This document shows, one piece after another, positions 12,286 through 24,236 of a stretch of 64,000 bases of DNA. The position numbers and the translations under genes were made by a program. Below the pieces are notes generated by a model. That model saw nothing but the letters and a program-made list of their open reading frames with translations, ran no database searches and was not told the DNA's origin. Origin of the DNA: Leidyana gryllorum EB-2025a (taxonomy: Eukaryota; Protista; Apicomplexa); NCBI GenBank assembly GCA_048772705.1, contig JBLWGC010000224.1, positions 186,001 to 250,000 on the forward strand. Direction: 5' to 3'. Within the stretch, counting starts at the first letter, position 1; the number at the start of each line of letters is the position of its first letter.

Positions 12286-14366
12286 ATGCCAGGCCGAGAG
12301 AATGAGATCTTCGACAATCTTCAAACCTGCGAGTATATATTCCTCGTCGTCAATCCCACTTCTGGAGGCAATGCGGCTCAATTCCTGCTGGACATGGGGT
12401 TCAATTACCTCCATTGTACACATCAGACCTCCGACAGACCCCCAGTCCAAGTAAAGCTCCTCATTAGTGATATTCGCAAGGGAAACTCTGGCGATAAGGA
12501 CGTCTTCCACATTCTCAAAGCTGTCGCACACGTCAAAGCTCAACAAAAGTCCTCCTTCATACCTCAAGTCCGCTTGCTCGTAGCAGGTGGAGACGGCACA
12601 GCAATGTGGGCTATCTCTGAGCTTCTCAAACACAAAATCAATCCCGACCACGTCGTCGTCGGAGTCCTTCCATTTGGCACTGGCAATGACTTCGCCCACG
12701 CAATGGGCTCTCATTTACACTGTAAAATACCTCACGAGGACCCTTTGACTCTGTAAGTCTTTTCCCGCCCTCCCTAAAAATCTACTCAAACCCCTCAGTA
12801 TGCGACAAATGATTGGCGAATGGCTGACAATGATACCGACAAACTTTGATCTTTGGCGGGTCACAGTCAGACTGCGGCCCGACGGAGTTTTCAAGAAGAT
12901 TGACAGTAAAACACGCCAAAAAGTAAGTGTGTGCGCGCGTGTGTGCTCGATCAATCTTGTGTCAATTATTGATCTCAGAGGGTTGTTGAAGATGAGACTG
13001 GTCGAGCGGTCACTAAACTGGAGTTCTCCATGCTGAACTATATGAGTCTGGGGGTGGAATCTCGGATCGGTCTGGGATTTGACCGTAATCGTACCAAAAA
13101 TCCAGTATTGAATCGAGGCGTAAGTAGAGGGTTTTGAACGCGCCGCCCGCAATTGACAATCTTCGCACGCAGGCTTACGTGATGGAGGGACTGAAGAAGG
13201 CCTTCTTCCATCGAACGAAATTCATTGACAATCTGATCTCGGGTTTGTATTTGCAGCGTGCTCCTCAAGGTAGGTCCAAGTCTGGTTCGAAGACGACGAC
13301 TTCTTCTCCCGCCGCCCCGTTGACAGCACCCTTTGAGACTGTTTTTCGTTGTCGGAGAATGTTATCGAAGACGGAGAAAATTAAGGAACTGTTGAAACCA
13401 GCAAGTTCGATCGGAGGTGCCAGAAGAAGGGGTCGGATGGCCGCGTCAGATGGATCATTCCCAGCGGCCTCATCGCTGGAAAGCAGTCAAGATCTTGCGG
13501 CTACAACGGTTCAAGGAGAGTCATTTGAACAGGTTCCTGATGACGAGGAAGAGGGATTATTTCCCATAAATCCTGACAAAGACGCTGTCTTGGAACGTAA
13601 GTATGAATTATCGAACAGATTCGACCACCTCCTTTCTGCCCCTCAGCTTGCGTATCGCTTCTATTTCTCAATATCCCCAGCTTTGCGGGTGGTTTGGATC
13701 CCTGGGCAGCAGCCGCTGGTAAACTGGGTGTGCGACTGCCACCGAGTGATACTCCAGTAAAGTTGGAGATGCAGACCATAGCTGCTGAGCCCTGTCCACA
13801 AGACTATGGAGACGGGATGCTGGAAGTCATTGGCTTCCAGTCGCTGATGGAACTGAGTCTGAGTAATCTGCAGCGCATAATGCCCAACGGACCCGCTGGC
13901 TGGAGACTGTTCAGGTCCAAAGGTCGCTTTGTGCTCTCCTTCCGTCACCGACTTGACGGAAAGCAACGCATCTACTTTCAGGTAGATGGAGAGTACTTTG
14001 CGGCCACACGAATGAAAGAGTGAGTTATCTATCGCTTTGGCTGAGTCAAACAGTCAAACTCTCTCTCTGTGCAGCATTGAAATTCATCGAGAAGCAAGAG
14101 TCCGCGTGTTGACTCGACCTGATCGCGCACCGCCACAGACTTGTCCTTCTCCAGTGATTGCCAAATGGTCTCCATTCGGCAGTCCCCGTGGGTCGTCAAG
14201 TTTCGCGCAAGACGGCGCGCGTGTCGGCAGTCCTGTGGCCATGTCACCCCGGACCACTCGACCTCCCCATGTCGGCATCACTGAAACCCATGTAGCCCGG
14301 GTGGTCAGTGAGCATCTGATCCGCCAGATCCTGCCTGCAACCTTCACTTTGCAGCCTCATGTTTAG
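12286..14366 (+). CDS. DGK: Diacylglycerol kinase (catalytic and accessory domains), multi-exon
   Basis: VNPTSGG, LLVAGGDGT, VLPFGTGNDFA, NYMSLGVESRIGLGFD, FAGGLDPW, QDYGDGMLEVIG and YFQVDGE motifs. Confidence 0.9.
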
Positions 14367-14619
14367 TTAGATAGAAGGAAAGAAAAGCAATTGAGCTAAG
14401 CGAATGACTGCCTGTCTGCTTGACCACAGACGGACGGGCTGGTGGGCTGGCCGGCCGGCCGGCTGACTATTGAACGAATGAATCAATCAATCATCACCAC
14501 CCTCGCCAACCCCAGGCAGCAGAAAAAGAATCAGTACACACACGACGGGCGACTGAACACACACACACACATAAGAGGTGTGTGAGTGAGTGAGTGAGTG
14601 AGAGAAGAAAGCTGTTCGT

Positions 14620-16550
14620 TTAGAGTACCCAATCTTCGGGGAGCAAATCGAGCGCTTTACACTCGGGGATGAAGTATGACTCCAGATTTTCCCGAGCAGC
14701 TGGGCAGTCGATCAATATCTGACAGATTTACAGTTTGTCCGGAGGCTCGGTGCGGAGCGAGCTTACGTCTGGCAATCGGTCCCTGATCTGGTTGAAACCC
14801 TTGAGAATGGCCTCGGGATCGACCTCCTTCTCATCTCGAAGGGTCATCAGGAAGGCAATGGAAACTGTTTTCGCCGGTTACAAAGGGCAGTACATAGAAT
14901 CACTTACGAGCCCATGAGTCTTTGTGACGGTCCAGAGCGTATTGCAACACTTTGCGGATCGCTTCAACCTCCTACAGAAGAAAAGGAGGTGCGACGCAGC
15001 GGCTGGGAAGGACCTTACCTGATCGGGAGACATGTCAAGAGCGTTGAAAAGAGTCAAGGCTGTGGAGACATCAGCAGTGTTGTAATACTCGTAAATTAGA
15101 TCCTTCAACTGTAAGAGGAAATGTGTGTTCGCGTGTGTGTGTGTGTGTTCGTTGACATTACCTCCCGTTTGAATTCCTCCACTTCGGGTCTGTACCCTTC
15201 GGTTCCAGTCCACACCTTGGTGAACCGTTCGGACAAGAGATGATGTTTAGCACTGTCTGTCATCCAGCGGAAGGCGCGCCGGAGTGTAGCCACTCCGAGC
15301 GAGTCGCCCAAGTTGAGCCTCAAAAAATCGGAGACAAAGGCAGGCGGCAGAATATCATCGACGTTCATTCTGACGATGAAACTCGATATCATCTCAGAAG
15401 CCAATGGCACATCCAAAGTGAGGTCCTGAACCCCCGCTGCAGAGCCAATTGGTCGACGATCATTTTTTGATGCCGCTTACCGAGGAGTCTAAGGACACCA
15501 ACTTGAATGTCGTCAGGGCTGAACGTATAAGGCCCAGCGACATAGAGGTCTGACAGACAGCGTGAGACCATTTCACGATGGATGTTTTGTTGTCCAAGGG
15601 AGGCGGCGAGAAGACGTCGGACGAGTTCGTGTCTGAGAGTATCGCGAGTGATGGGCGGGAAGACGGCGACAGCATCGACTGGGCGCTCAACTTCCTTTTC
15701 TTGGCTAAAGAGCTCCATTTCCAAGTCTTTGAGGAAGTCTTGGATAATGGAAGGCTCGCCAGAGTTGAAGAACTCGGGCATGAAGTCGACGCAGCGTTGT
15801 TTGTAGGATTTGAGTTTCTCGATGTAAGGGATAATGTATGGCTCATTGTCGGTGATGGCGGGTGTGAGGTTACGGACGAGAGCCTCAGGGAGCCGCGTTA
15901 GATACTCAAAGTCGACCAGCGCATCTTCCACGGCAACAGAGAAGAAGCTGAATAATTTGTCTTCAACGTCGCTGACATCCTTATGCAAGGCTTCGGCAGA
16001 CTGAATGAGCTTTTCAAACGCGCGAGTGACCTGTGGCCGTGTGATAAGCTTCGCGTCATAGAGGACGGTGAGGAAAGAAGCCAAGCGACTTTGTGTCTCT
16101 TCACTCTCAGGCAACACTTTGAGAATACCGCGGGCAATAAGGAGATCGTGATAGAGAGTGCAATCGAGTTTCTTGAGTCCATCGACTGCGGTCGCGGAAT
16201 CATTGGTTCGTAAGAATTCGTCGATAATCAGCGAACTCTTGTGAGCAAACGAGCTAAGTGACAACATCTGTGCGGTGGTTTCAGTAAGCAATGGAACGCC
16301 CACTCACGGGTTGACCGGGAATTACGGTGTATCCGATAGAGAGATTGCTTTGAGAGTGGGTGAGGCCATGTTTGACATTGGCAGAAGGTTGAATGATTTC
16401 GTAAGCGCCCATCGTAGTAGTCTCATTCTGCCCCAATCAAAACACATTGTCGGCGGTCGTTGGCGTCGTGCTTACATTATTGTAAAAGTCTGTCAGATGG
16501 TCCCCTAAGGTATCGGCGACAGACTGTGCAATGGCCGATGGGTCGACCAT
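14620..16550 (-). CDS. MA3 (MI) domain protein, PDCD4/MRF-like, three MA3 repeats
   Basis: Three repeats starting IIDEFLRTND, FMPEFFNSGE and LIYEYYNTAD, each ending in a DV/DVP/DCP motif; RHELVRR..REMVSRCLSDLY, VDDILPPAF. Confidence 0.8.
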
Positions 16551-16599
16551 AGTGTTATCTATAATCGTTGGGTGTTAGTGTGGTTTGGTGGTTTGATTA

Positions 16600-16980
16600 T
16601 TAGTTTTTTTTCGGTGTTCGTCGAGATCGGGTATGACTGAGGTCGCTGCTCTCTTCGCCGTCAGACAAAATGCACTGTGCGGGTCTCTGAGCTACGTTGC
16701 TGCATCTCGCAAACTCGCCATCTATAAGAGATGTCAGCTGCTCGGCTGTCGACAGACGGGTGTTCAGCCGATTCAACACCAGCTGGTGTAAAGTCTCAAT
16801 TTCGTTCTCCAGGCTTGTCAACTCTAGTAAACTCGCAGTCCCCGTCGATGCCAGCTTTAGATACAACTCTCGTTTTCGGCTCAACTCCTCTTCAACACCA
16901 CCCAACATCCTCTCATACGACAACAATTCAGCTAGTGAACGCCCCGCCATCCCCTTCGTCACCACTTCGGGCTTCTCCAT
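16600..16980 (-). CDS. Small coiled-coil protein, possibly ING N-terminal-domain-like
   Basis: Single-exon ATG-initiated 126-aa helical ORF filling the gap between two genes; ends in a basic tail (RSRRTPKK). Confidence 0.45.
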   Translation of the reverse strand: MEKPEVVTKGMAGRSLAELLSYERMLGGVEEELSRKRELYLKLASTGTASLLELTSLENEIETLHQLVLNRLNTRLSTAEQLTSLIDGEFARCSNVAQRPAQCILSDGEESSDLSHTRSRRTPKKN

Positions 16981-16998
16981 CTCCCTTAGAAATTTATA

Positions 16999-18064
16999 AT
17001 GGCAGTCATTCAGCCATGGATGCTCGGCACCCTCGTCCTGCTCCTAGCCACTGTCTGCTGGACTATCGTCCGGGTTATTAAAGACACCCGCAGACGCCAG
17101 CGAGAAGCTGATGACTTTATGGAGATGGTCAATGACTCCATGAGCTTATGGCCCAACGCTGAGGCCGTCGCGCTCTACACCAACAAGAAGAAGGCAGTCT
17201 TCGACCAATTGCGTGAAAAGCACAACTGGCAACCCGAACGCCTCGAAGAAGACGCACTCGGGCCACCCGAAGACGCGTGGCAGAGGTATCCGACCCCTCA
17301 CTCCTACCCCCTCACTCCTAACCCCTCACCCGCAGAGAAATACCCAAAGATCAGTTGACTGCCCTCAAGACCGCCCTCATAAAGAGAGCCATGGCCTTAG
17401 TGCCACTCATTAACCCCTGTCAACAAGAAGTAAAGTCGCGATACAATCTGTTGCAGCGCGGACTGATAGATGAGAAGCTTTGGAATAAAACGGTCAGCTT
17501 GAATCAAGCCATCGTCAGAGAACTCACGGAGATACGAAACGAAGCAGAAGCTCTTGAGGAAAACTATGGCGTCCGTACGTAAACACACTGACACACACTT
17601 CGCAGTCAAACCTTCCCCTTGGGAAATCCGCAGAACACGGTATTATTCGCGATGCCCAGAGATTCTTCGAGCTCGAAACCGTCAAGGCTCGACGTGAGTT
17701 CGTTCTGCAGGAGTTCATCAAGATGGCCGTCGCCCAAGGTGTTGATCCCAAAGACGCTCCCAGAGTTGCCGCCGAACGCTTAGCTGCCCAGGAAAGGATG
17801 ATGGCAGCTCAAGCCAATAGGGGCAGAATGATGGCTGAACAACAACAGCAGCAACAGGGAGCGGTGAGGGTCTAAACTGAGATTGATATGGATGCAGGAG
17901 GAGAAAGAGGAGGAGGAGGTAGACAAGGATCCTGCTGTTGCTCTAGCTGTGGGTACCGAATGTAATAAGGTAACTTTGTCAAAGCTTACAGCCACAGCCA
18001 AGTCTGTTACAGAAGGCTGCTCCTGAAATCGAGCCCCCTCTTGCAACTGGGGGCACGCCAGTAG
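16999..18064 (+). CDS. SEC66: Sec66/Sec71-like subunit of the Sec62/63 translocation complex
   Basis: N-terminal TM helix, then LKTALIKRAM..LLQRGLIDEKLW..ELTEIRNEAEALEENYG, matching the Sec66 pattern (LKAALL.RA..LLQ.GS.GDD.W..E..EA). The 3' end is uncertain (17875 or 18064). Confidence 0.7.
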
Positions 18065-18319
18065 CGGGCAATGCCTCTGCACCTCAAACTAAGGCCGCAC
18101 GTAAAAAGCAACGAAGAAAAAGCAGATAGCGAGCATGTTAGGGAGCGCTGAATGTGTCTTACGTTCGACATTTGAGTGCGTGGGTGCATCACGGGTAGAA
18201 GTAACATACGTGCGAGACGCCAAAAAACGTGTGGTCCCGCGGCGAATCGAGTGCCGGTTTTTGAAAAACCCAAAAATCAGATCCGTGGTGGGGTGTCAGA
18301 TAGGTTTGATTTGAAAACA

Positions 18320-20410
18320 ATGAGTGGTTACTATCCGGCGATATGCGATGAGCAGGGAAGATTCAGTGCTAAAGCATTTCGGACTGTATTTCTTCAGTCG
18401 GTTGAGTTTCACCGACTTGACTATAGAAGGTTTCTTCCAGTCATTAGAATAAATGATGACTTACAGTTTGAGGAGCTCTCTGATATAGACGATGATGAAG
18501 ACACGACCAGCACCCCTGCCACCACCGCACCAAGCCCCTTAAAAATCTTACCTACCCCGAACAAACAACAGCACCCCAGGCTCAAGATTGTCTTCGACCT
18601 CGATAACACTCTGCTGCATGCTGTATCCCGTCTCCGTCTGCCTGGCGCGGATCTGACCTTAGATGACTTCCGGGACTCGCAAGACCGCCCGGAACTCTTC
18701 AAGTTCACCTTGCCACGCCAGAAACAACAAATCTATTACATCAAGTTACGGCCTGGGGTCAGAGAATTCATAAATGAGATGGTCAAGTACGCAGATCTGG
18801 CTATCCACACTAATGCGACGCGGGAATATGCTGACGTCGTCTTGTCTATAATTGACCCCGACAGGACGATTTTCGGTTCCAGGTAGGCATTGAGAGGCTA
18901 TCATCACTTGAAAACTAATTATTTATACTCAGGGTTGCAGCAAGAGACGATGACAGTGGTCAGAATGACCGAAAAGATATGAGCAGGTGGGCATTCTCCA
19001 ACTACTATGGGTGCTGCTGGCCTTTCTTAAAGTGGCAGCAGAGCCTCTTCCTTTACTGCTGCTGTTGGGCATCTTTGTTGCTCTTTGTTGTTTTCTGCTT
19101 CGATTGTTGTCTGGCTGATGCTGGCTACCACAGCACTGGTAGATTAAATCGCTTTGTTTCCCCGCACTGCCGCAACTTGACCCCTTTGAAAACTACATCC
19201 GGCCTTCTACTGAACAGCCACCGTAGACCGGCAGTGCGATGGAGAGGGGCGTTCTTCATCGGACCTTCGACTTCTCTTCTTCTTCTTCTTCTGTGTTTGC
19301 ATGACTTCAACGTGAAAGATCCTCAAGATATTGATGGTTGCAGGTTGTTCAGTGTCGAGAGAGAGAAGCTCCTGACAGACTGTCTGATCGTGGACGATCG
19401 TCGAGATGTTTGGGACAGTGTATTTGACAAGAACATAATCCAGTGCAACTACTATGAATACTTTGAAAGCCGTCGGGCTGTGCTCGTCAAGAAGTATGGC
19501 ACCGGTAGTGCGGTTTCCACCTCGACTGGTGACGGGAACGACGCTGTTCTAGACACTTACTGTCCGGTGGAGTTGAAAGAAGGGGCTGAACTGGATGAAA
19601 ACAACAATGCACTGGAGGATCACGATCGTCAACTTCCTTTTCTTCAACGGATGATTGTGGCCATTTCGACCCAATATTATGCGCAGCGGGCTGCTGGAAA
19701 GAAACCATCGTAAGTTTGTGTGTATTGAGAGCACCGAGTGAAAAGTTGTGTTCAGGATCAATACCTTATTGCAAGAACAGCGCGCGAAGATTTTGCATGG
19801 GGTAGTCTGTTTGATGACTGGATATCACCGCTTAGAACAGCCGAGTCAGTTCGGCATGTTGGATAATGGCCCTCAACATAGACGACGTCTGGAATACATG
19901 GGGGCTCGTGTTGTAGATCAGCCGTCAGCTGATGTGACACATGTTATCGTTATGAGGCAGACATTGTCGACTGACAAAGCTCGGTCTTTATGCTCTCCCT
20001 CTACTCACTTCGTGCATAATTTGTGGATATATGCGTGCGAGCAGACGTGGTCTCGGGCAGACGAGCGTTTCTTTGATGCGACTCACCTGCTTAGTCAGTG
20101 GCAGATGCCACCGCCCCGGCCCATATTTGACCATTGGCCTCACACTCGCCAGTACTTCGAGTGTATATCGTCGTCTGCTGACGAGGAATCGTCATCGACA
20201 ACAACTAGTCAACGACGGAAGCGCATGTTTTCAGCTACGGGGATGATGCGAGATGAGAGTAAAAAGAAGCCGAGATCGAATCGTGATTGGGTAGCTTCTG
20301 GTCTCTACTCTGACGGGGCAGAGGTCTGGAGCGCTCTGGAGCACGTTACACTCAAGTTTGATCCATCTCTATCTGCTGGAGTGGCGAGGAAAACGGCGAT
20401 GGTGACATGA
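18320..20410 (+). CDS. FCP1: FCP1-like RNA polymerase II CTD phosphatase (HAD/NIF domain plus BRCT)
   Basis: VFDLDNTLLH (DxDxT), YYIKLRPGVREFI, HTNATREYA..IIDPD, LIVDDRRDVW; C-terminal BRCT (MGARVV..VTHVIV..HFVHNLWIYAC..W.RADE). Confidence 0.9.
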
Positions 20411-21095
20411 TTCCGAAGATTACGATAAATTTGAGACGTTGTTCGAGCACTTTCGCATCCGAGGATAACAAAGATATGAGAAGGAGTGATAGGGGTGCGG
20501 AAACGTTGGCCAGATATTGGCGGATCAAAGACGGCTTATGTTCCATCACGAAGGACTGATTGCTGATTGATCGATTGATCGAGCGTCCACACTTGTCGCT
20601 CTCACTTGGAGCTGGCCAGACGTTGGGTTGAAACAACAACAACAACAAGATCACATCTTATATCAAATCGAATATACACACGAAGCACACGTGCACACGA
20701 TTTGGGAGTTGGCCAGGATCTGTCTATAAATCGCGTTCACCAATGCGAGTGCGCCGTTGGATGATTTTCTGATGTATTTGTCCAACAAGGGCGCTTGAAA
20801 TGCATGTTGCCTGCATAACAAAATTACGACATATCGTCAGTCACAGGGCAAATCACTTACTCCCATAGTCAATCCGATGTAAAAGTCAAAATTCTTGCGT
20901 GATCGACGCACTCGGCGAGCTTTGGTCAATTCTGTATCAGGGTTGAAGGGGAGCGTGGGCCGGCGAGACCAGTTGCTAGGTGGCGGTTGATAGGAGCACA
21001 AACCTCTCATCTCAAACTTGTGTGGGAAAACTCTGTCACAACTTGCTCGGAAGGAAATCTACGTTCGATCATTGCCATGCCGATAGTTCCGAAGG

Positions 21096-23533
21096 GTGAC
21101 TGAACGTGGAAGAAAGCGATTTGGAAGATCATCAACTGAGTTTTCTCTGGTGACCAGACGGCTGCCGGACTGCCAGAGCTGGGAAGTAAATTCTTTGTTG
21201 CAGCGCTATCCGCCAGTCAGTCAGTTGATGGCTATGTTTTTGCAGTATGCGCGAAACAGAGCAGCAGTACGCTGTGGTGTTGGGGAACAGAACACAAATC
21301 GCAATAAGACAAGCGGTCTAGGAATACAATCTGTTCAGGGCTTTATTCGTTTCTTGCTTGAATTGAGTGTTCGGCTGGGAGGCGATGGGCCATTTCGCAT
21401 CTTTGTAGATGACTTGGAGGTTAAAAGACATTACAGCAACCGGAGAGTATTTTGGGGTTCGTGTGTGGCCTTACTGATCACATATGGCGATTGGACTGCC
21501 AATCCTTGCGTCAATCATCGAATTGCTCCAAGTTAGCTTAACGAACAACAAGGACTCCTTGAGATCCTCATGAAGCTCCCCTCTCTATTTTTGATGGCAG
21601 ACCCTATGGACCCTTGGCCAAAGGGCAGTGCATCGTGAAGGGCAAAAGCGCAGATTCGGTCATGGGCAGTTCAGGTTTCCTGCTCGGGCCAACTGATTTG
21701 GGCCGCGATCGAGGGTCAACCCGTACTACCAGACAGTGTGAATCTGACACTGAAACAAGTCTTGTTGCCCATGTAATCTTTAGCCCTCTGACGTCACTGC
21801 CTGAGCCACCGCCCCCTATTCCACCATGGCCAGATGAAGGGGGCGATGGTGGTTTCCGCCTTCTTCATCAAGGGTTGATTTCGAGACTAAGCCTCGACGC
21901 AAAATCGAAGTTGAGACTCGCAACACCCACTTGAGACCAGTGCTTAATTGTTTTCTACAAGATTCAGGTTTAGACACCCAAGATCGAACTGAACTTTTTG
22001 ATTCCCGTGCCACACCGAGAGCTCCCGCCCAGGGCTCCCGAGTGATGTCCATAAAGCGTCACAATGGAAGGAACGACGGCTTTTGATCCCAGTCATCTGG
22101 TATCGTTTCGCAACGACGGAATGCCTGACTCATATGTGTGACCCCTGTTTGCCGCCATACCAACAGATCCGATTGGCTACAAAGGTTAACCTTTGGACTC
22201 TGAGACACATTTGGAATGCTTTCGGCCGCAGACTCCAAGATACGGCGACTGATCCGCGTTCCGGCGAGTGTACGAATGACGCGTCGAGGACCTCCACTAC
22301 CCCCCATCCCCGTCCCCCTCAAGCCACTGATACTCTGTTGAAGCTTGTCATCCCTCCCTTCCACCAACCGATTCTGGCCGAACTGCACTTACTGAACTCC
22401 AAGAGAGCAGCCAAAAGAAATGCCACCGTCTTGATGGCGATCGAGAGACAACTGCGCCTCTCGGCTCTGAACTTGGACACAGAGGGGACGATGATTGGCC
22501 AATGGACGACAGATTTCTTTGAGACATTGAACAACGGGACCGTTGAGAACAGATGTCTCGATGTACTGAAAATTGTCCTCAAGCGAAGCGGTATCGATGG
22601 TGACGAAGTTGAGGATTCTTCGGACCTCTCGAGGAGGATTTTCGTGGATCCAAGTACCCAAATGCCACTAGCCGTGTGACTCACTCAAAGGTCTGGTCTG
22701 CTGACCCACAGGCAAGAGAGAGGCAGCAGCCGGAATTGCGAATGATCAGATCACTATTGAAGGGTGAGATGTAACCGAGAAATAACTATGCATTTGTGTC
22801 GAGACCGCGAAATCACCGATACCACACCCCATTAATATCTGTCGTCCGCTTACACACCCCCATCGATCACTTTGTCAAAGATAAAATCTTACCGTCCACG
22901 GCAGCTGATGGAGGCGTTGCTGTGATCAACATGAGACAGTTCGGTCTAAAATTGCCCTTCAGAATTCGAAGGTGCTTTGCGAGCATTTCGTCATCAGCGA
23001 ATGAAACAGGCGGCGATCGAGGGAACAGTTCTCTCTCAGATCAACATAGAGATCATTGAGGATATATGGTCCGATAGTCTGTCGGAGACTATCACATACA
23101 AAGACTTTCTGAAGGCCCGAAATCGCTCATTGCGATGCCACAACATCCCACCGATTCCCGCGTCCTCTGCGCGCTCCGTCAAGCCGCTGACGCCGGTTTC
23201 CTACAATCAGTTCAAAGCCTCTTCTCATCCGATCTCGAGTACCATTGCGTTCTCCCGGAGCAGACGTCTGAGAGGGTCAAGAGATTGCAGCCCTCTTTCG
23301 GTGCAGACCGGGGAATCCTCGCCTTGTGCGCGGCTTTGCTGATCAACAAAAGCATTGCTGCCATAATTGTTCCCTTGTCAATGCAGCCGCCTCCTGAAGC
23401 CCGACGCTCTCTACCGATCCATTCACCCGGCTCCCTGTCGCCACTGCCTCCGGTCCGAACGCTTCCACCCCGCCACAGCGAATGGTCACATTCTCACCCC
23501 ATTCACCAGAGATACGTAGGATCAGCTGCTTGA
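21096..23533 (+). CDS. Probable multi-exon hypothetical gene(s); structure unresolved
   Basis: Chain of + strand ORFs (21096-21536, 22083-22679, 22796-23342) with protein-like composition and candidate GT-AG sites. No family recognised. Confidence 0.3.
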
Positions 23534-24236
23534 TTGGGCTGAAAATGTCACTGTCGGGGAAGTAAGCCAGGCAGAGTGGATTCGCTGGAAAAAGATAAGA
23601 TCATAGGTCAGTGGAAGCGATGAATCCAAGATTCAGTGACGAGATCGTCGAGGAGGCTCTCTGACCAGACGTCAGCCGGTCGACTTTGCCGCAATGGTCA
23701 ACTACATAGTCATTCGTCCCACAATCGTCCGAAGAAGTAAAAGCACGACGGCGGCGAAGCGACAAAGTCCTCTGCAACCAAAAGGCGGTGTTCTCCACCA
23801 GTCGATCTATCGTGGGTGCCTTCAATAGATGGTGAATCTGATTCCAAAAAGTGCGGATCGTCGATCTAGATCCACTCCATCGAATTCTTGCACAGGATTT
23901 TTTGGTTTTGTAGCAATTCACAAGCCCCCGTCGTTGATCCCAATCTCACATGACTTCCTCATTTGCACACACGTGTGTTCTGTCATCATAGGAGTTGCCC
24001 ACGTACGTTACGTTCGCCAGTAGAGAGGAGGTTGTGAGCCCCCCCCTACGGCACTTAGATGAGATGGAGCGGTTCTGAGTAGATGTTGGGGATTTTTATT
24101 GAATCGTTCGCAGGTGAAGGGGAGCAAACTTAACAAGACGGCCCAGAATTAGAAAAAAGACCGAAATGAGAGAAAAAGTGGTGATAGTCAGCGCAGCAAA
24201 TATAAAAATGGTGTGATGGTAAGAAAAAGATTAGAT

